This document shows, in pieces, positions 60,776 to 64,000 of a DNA stretch of 64,000 nt. The stretch is from NCBI GenBank assembly GCA_963708025.1, contig CAVPSB010000031.1, positions 192,001 to 256,000 of the forward strand. Direction: 5' to 3'. A program made the position numbers and the translations under genes. The notes beneath the pieces were generated by a model. The model was not told where the DNA came from, did no database searches, and saw nothing but the letters and a program-made list of their open reading frames with translations. Position 1 is the first letter of the stretch; each line of letters opens with the position of its first letter. The DNA comes from an uncultured Candidatus Rokubacteria bacterium. Lineage in GTDB: Bacteria; Methylomirabilota; Methylomirabilia; Rokubacteriales; DASRDR01.

Positions 60776-61045
60776 ATGCCGCGTTACTTCATCGCCTATC
60801 GGAAGACCGAGGAGGCCGGGCAGAAGCCGGAGTGGGCCTCGTTCACGACGGAGTCCGACGCCGCGCTCGAGGCGCACGGGGTCCGGGAGCGCGTGGACAA
60901 GCGCCTCTCCGTGTTCGGCGAGAGGCTCGCCGGCTCCGGCGAGGTCCGCTGGCTGGGATCGAGCCGGCTGGTGGAGTTCCTCGTCAAGCGGGAGGAATCC
61001 TCCCCGGAGGTGTCGATCGTGTACGGCCTCCTGGAGGATCGCTGA
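60776..61045 (+). CDS. Hypothetical protein (89 aa) between carA and carB
   Basis: ATG 4 nt after the carA stop and stop 7 nt before the carB start; host-like codon usage. Confidence 0.7.
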   Translation: MPRYFIAYRKTEEAGQKPEWASFTTESDAALEAHGVRERVDKRLSVFGERLAGSGEVRWLGSSRLVEFLVKREESSPEVSIVYGLLEDR

Positions 61046-61052
61046 AGGTCCG

Positions 61053-64000
61053 ATGCCGAAGCGGACGGACCTCCGGACAATCCTCCTGATCGGGTCGGGG
61101 CCGATCGTGATCGGCCAGGCCTGCGAGTTCGACTACGCCGGCACCCAGGCCGTCAAGGCCCTCCGCGAGGAGGGGTTCGAGGTGGTGCTGGTCAACTCGA
61201 ACCCGGCCACGATCATGACCGATCCCGAGATGGCGGACCGCACCTACGTCGAGCCGCTCACCGTCGAGGTGCTGGAGCGGATCATCGCGGCCGAGCGGCC
61301 GCAGGCGCTGCTGCCGACCCTCGGTGGCCAGACCGGGCTGAACCTGGCGGTGGCCCTGGCCGAGGCCGGGGTGCTCGAGCGCCACGGCGTCGAGCTGATC
61401 GGCGCCAAGCTCCCGGCGATCAAGAAGGCGGAGGACCGCGAGCTGTTCAAGGCCGCGATGGAGAAGATCGGTCTCAGCCTGCCCCGCTCGGGCCTGGCGC
61501 GCTCGGTCGAGGAGGCGCGCGACGCGGTGCGCGAGGTGGGGTACCCGGTCATCATCCGGCCCTCGTTCACGCTGGGCGGCGCCGGCGGCTCGGTCGCCTG
61601 GAACCCCGAGGAGCTGGAGGGCGCCGTGCGGTGGGGGCTCCAGCAGAGCCCGGTCGGCCAGGTGCTGGTGGAGGAGTCGGTCATCGGCTGGAAGGAGTTC
61701 GAGCTGGAGGTGATGCGCGACCTCGCCGACAACGTCGTCATCATCTGCTCCATCGAGAACGTCGACCCGATGGGCGTCCACACCGGCGACTCCATCACGG
61801 TGGCGCCGGCCCAGACGCTGACCGACAAGGAGTACCAGGCCATGCGCGACGCCGCCCTCGCGATCATCCGCGAGATCGGCGTCGAGACCGGCGGCTCCAA
61901 CATCCAGTTCGCGGTGAACCCGGCCGACGGCCGGATGGTCGTCATCGAGATGAACCCCCGGGTCTCCCGCTCGTCCGCGCTGGCCTCCAAGGCGACCGGC
62001 TTCCCGATCGCCAAGATCGCGGCCAAGCTCGCCGTCGGCTACACGCTCGACGAGCTACGGAACGACATCACCCGCGAGACGCCCGCCTCCTTCGAGCCGA
62101 CCATCGACTACTGCGTGGTCAAGATCCCCCGCTGGGCCTTCGAGAAGTTCCCCGAGGCGGACCAGCGCCTGACGACCCAGATGAAGTCGGTCGGCGAGGT
62201 CATGGCGATCGGGCGGACCTTCAAGGAGGCGCTCCAGAAGGCGCTCCGCTCGCTGGAGCAGGACCGGTACGGCTTCGGGCTCCCCGATCCGGCGCCGGAG
62301 CCGGAGGCGCTGCGGGACCGGCTGCGGGTGCCGAACGCCGAGCGCGTCGTCTACATCGCCGAGGCGTTCCGGGTCGGCATGGCCACCGAGGAGATCGCGG
62401 CGCTCACCCGGATCGACCCGTGGTTCCTCGTCCAGATCCGGGAGCTGGTCCAGTTCGAGGAAGCGTGGCGGACGGCGCCCGATCTGTCGGCGCCGGCCCT
62501 CCGCCGGGCCAAGCGGCTCGGCTTTGCCGACCGCCGGCTGGCCGAGCTCAGCGGGCGGACCGAAGGGGAGATCCGGCTGGTCCGCCAGGCGCACGGCATC
62601 CGCGCCACCTTCAAGATGGTCGACACCTGCGCGGCGGAGTTCGTCGCCTACACGCCCTACCTCTACTCCACCTACGAGGAGGAGGACGAGGCGCCGCGGA
62701 CCGACCGGCCGAAGGTGGTGATCCTCGGCTCGGGGCCGAACCGGATCGGCCAGGGCATCGAGTTCGACTACGCGTGTGTCCACGCCGCCTTCGCGCTCCG
62801 CGAGGCCGGGGTGGAAGCCATCATGGTCAACTGCAACCCGGAGACCGTCTCCACCGACTACGACACCTCCGACCGCCTCTACTTCGAGCCGCTGACGCTG
62901 GAGGACGTCCTGAACATCGTCGAGAGAGAGCGTCCCCTCGGGGTGGTCGTGCAGTTCGGTGGACAGACGCCGCTCAAGCTGGCGGTGCCGCTGGAGCGGG
63001 CCGGGGTCCGCATCCTCGGCACGCCACCCGACGCGATCGATCGGGCCGAGGACCGCCAGCGCTTCGCCGAGCTGCTCCGGACGCTTCAGTTGAACCAGCC
63101 GCCGAACGGGTCCGCCCGCACGGTGGACGAGGCGGCCCGGATTGCGGGAACGCTCGGCTACCCGGTGCTCGTGCGGCCCTCCTACGTCCTGGGCGGCCGG
63201 GCCATGGAGGTCGTCTACGAGGAGGAGCGGCTCCGGGCCTGGATGGTAGAGGCGACGCGGGTCGCACCCGAGCACCCGATCCTGATCGACAAGTTCCTGG
63301 AGGACGCCCTGGAGATCGACGTGGATGCCCTGGCCGACGGCCGGGACGTCCTGGTCGGCGGCGTCATGGAGCACATCGAGAAGGCCGGCATCCATTCCGG
63401 CGACTCGGCCTGCGCGCTGCCGCCGTACTCCATCGGGGACGACCAGGCCGAGCGGCTGCGGAGTCAGACGCGGGCCCTGGCCCTCGAGCTGGGCGTGGTG
63501 GGCCTGCTCAACATCCAGTTCGCCATCAAGGGGGAGACGATCTACGTCCTCGAGGTGAACCCCCGGGCCTCGCGGACGGTCCCGTTCGTGTCGAAGGCGA
63601 TCGGCCTCCCCCTGGCCAAGGTGGCGACCCGGCTCCTGCTGGGCGCGCGGCTGGCCGACCTGGGGCTGAGCGAGCCGCACGACCTGCCCCACGTCGCGGT
63701 GAAGGAGGCGGTGTTCCCCTTCGTGAAGTTCCCCGGCGTGGACGTGATCCTCGGTCCCGAGATGCGGTCGACCGGCGAGGTGATGGGACTCGACCGCGAG
63801 TTCCGGGTGGCCTATCTGAAGTCGCAGCTGGCCGCTGGCTCGCCGCTCCCGCGCGCCGGCAAGGTGTTCCTCTCGGTGCGGAACCGGGACAAGCGGGCCG
63901 TGGTCCCGATCGCCCGCAGCCTCTACGACGTGGGCTTCCAGCTCGTGGCGACCGGAGGGACGGCCAAGGTGCTGGAGCGCCACGGGATGCGGGTGATCCT
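61053..64000 (+). CDS. carB: Carbamoyl-phosphate synthase large subunit (3' truncated by window edge)
   Basis: MPKRTD...[59 protein letters not shown]. The frame is open to the window end. Confidence 0.97.
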   Translation, partial: MPKRTDLRTILLIGSGPIVIGQACEFDYAGTQAVKALREEGFEVVLVNSNPATIMTDPEMADRTYVEPLTVEVLERIIAAERPQALLPTLGGQTGLNLAVALAEAGVLERHGVELIGAKLPAIKKAEDRELFKAAMEKIGLSLPRSGLARSVEEARDAVREVGYPVIIRPSFTLGGAGGSVAWNPEELEGAVRWGLQQSPVGQVLVEESVIGWKEFELEVMRDLADNVVIICSIENVDPMGVHTGDSITVAPAQTLTDKEYQAMRDAALAIIREIGVETGGSNIQFAVNPADGRMVVIEMNPRVSRSSALASKATGFPIAKIAAKLAVGYTLDELRNDITRETPASFEPTIDYCVVKIPRWAFEKFPEADQRLTTQMKSVGEVMAIGRTFKEALQKALRSLEQDRYGFGLPDPAPEPEALRDRLRVPNAERVVYIAEAFRVGMATEEIAALTRIDPWFLVQIRELVQFEEAWRTAPDLSAPALRRAKRLGFADRRLAELSGRTEGEIRLVRQAHGIRATFKMVDTCAAEFVAYTPYLYSTYEEEDEAPRTDRPKVVILGSGPNRIGQGIEFDYACVHAAFALREAGVEAIMVNCNPETVSTDYDTSDRLYFEPLTLEDVLNIVERERPLGVVVQFGGQTPLKLAVPLERAGVRILGTPPDAIDRAEDRQRFAELLRTLQLNQPPNGSARTVDEAARIAGTLGYPVLVRPSYVLGGRAMEVVYEEERLRAWMVEATRVAPEHPILIDKFLEDALEIDVDALADGRDVLVGGVMEHIEKAGIHSGDSACALPPYSIGDDQAERLRSQTRALALELGVVGLLNIQFAIKGETIYVLEVNPRASRTVPFVSKAIGLPLAKVATRLLLGARLADLGLSEPHDLPHVAVKEAVFPFVKFPGVDVILGPEMRSTGEVMGLDREFRVAYLKSQLAAGSPLPRAGKVFLSVRNRDKRAVVPIARSLYDVGFQLVATGGTAKVLERHGMRVI

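Overview
A very GC-rich bacterial window. The gene repertoire, an ABC_sub_bind remnant and the repeat style suggest Candidatus Rokubacteria/Methylomirabilota, which is inference only. Several conserved genes carry single-base indels that look like long-read consensus errors, most densely in glnS. From left to right: a TrxB-like oxidoreductase 3' end; an SRPBCC gene; a BNR beta-propeller + MoaD/ThiS-like + DoxX operon; an A/T-richer GT-C glycosyltransferase; a sugar-acid ABC/enolase-family catabolic locus; a toxin-antitoxin patch; a SNF2 helicase + SWIM pair; many short gene remnants; an amidase; glnS; a molybdopterin oxidoreductase followed by an unannotated UxxC selenoprotein candidate (in-frame TGA plus SECIS-like hairpin); a GAF protein; several oxidoreductases; a murB fusion; a 1-Cys peroxiredoxin; a giant (~1,890 aa) repeat-rich membrane Ser/Thr kinase with a downstream outer-membrane barrel gene; and the pyrR-pyrB-pyrC-carA-orf-carB operon with promoter and PyrR attenuator. 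At least three families of short palindromic intergenic repeats are present. No CRISPR array, tRNA, rRNA or transposase was found. The best candidates for new biology are the selenoprotein/Mo-enzyme pair, the envelope-spanning kinase/barrel module, the BNR/ubiquitin-like operon and the modular repeat family with an 'empty' form.
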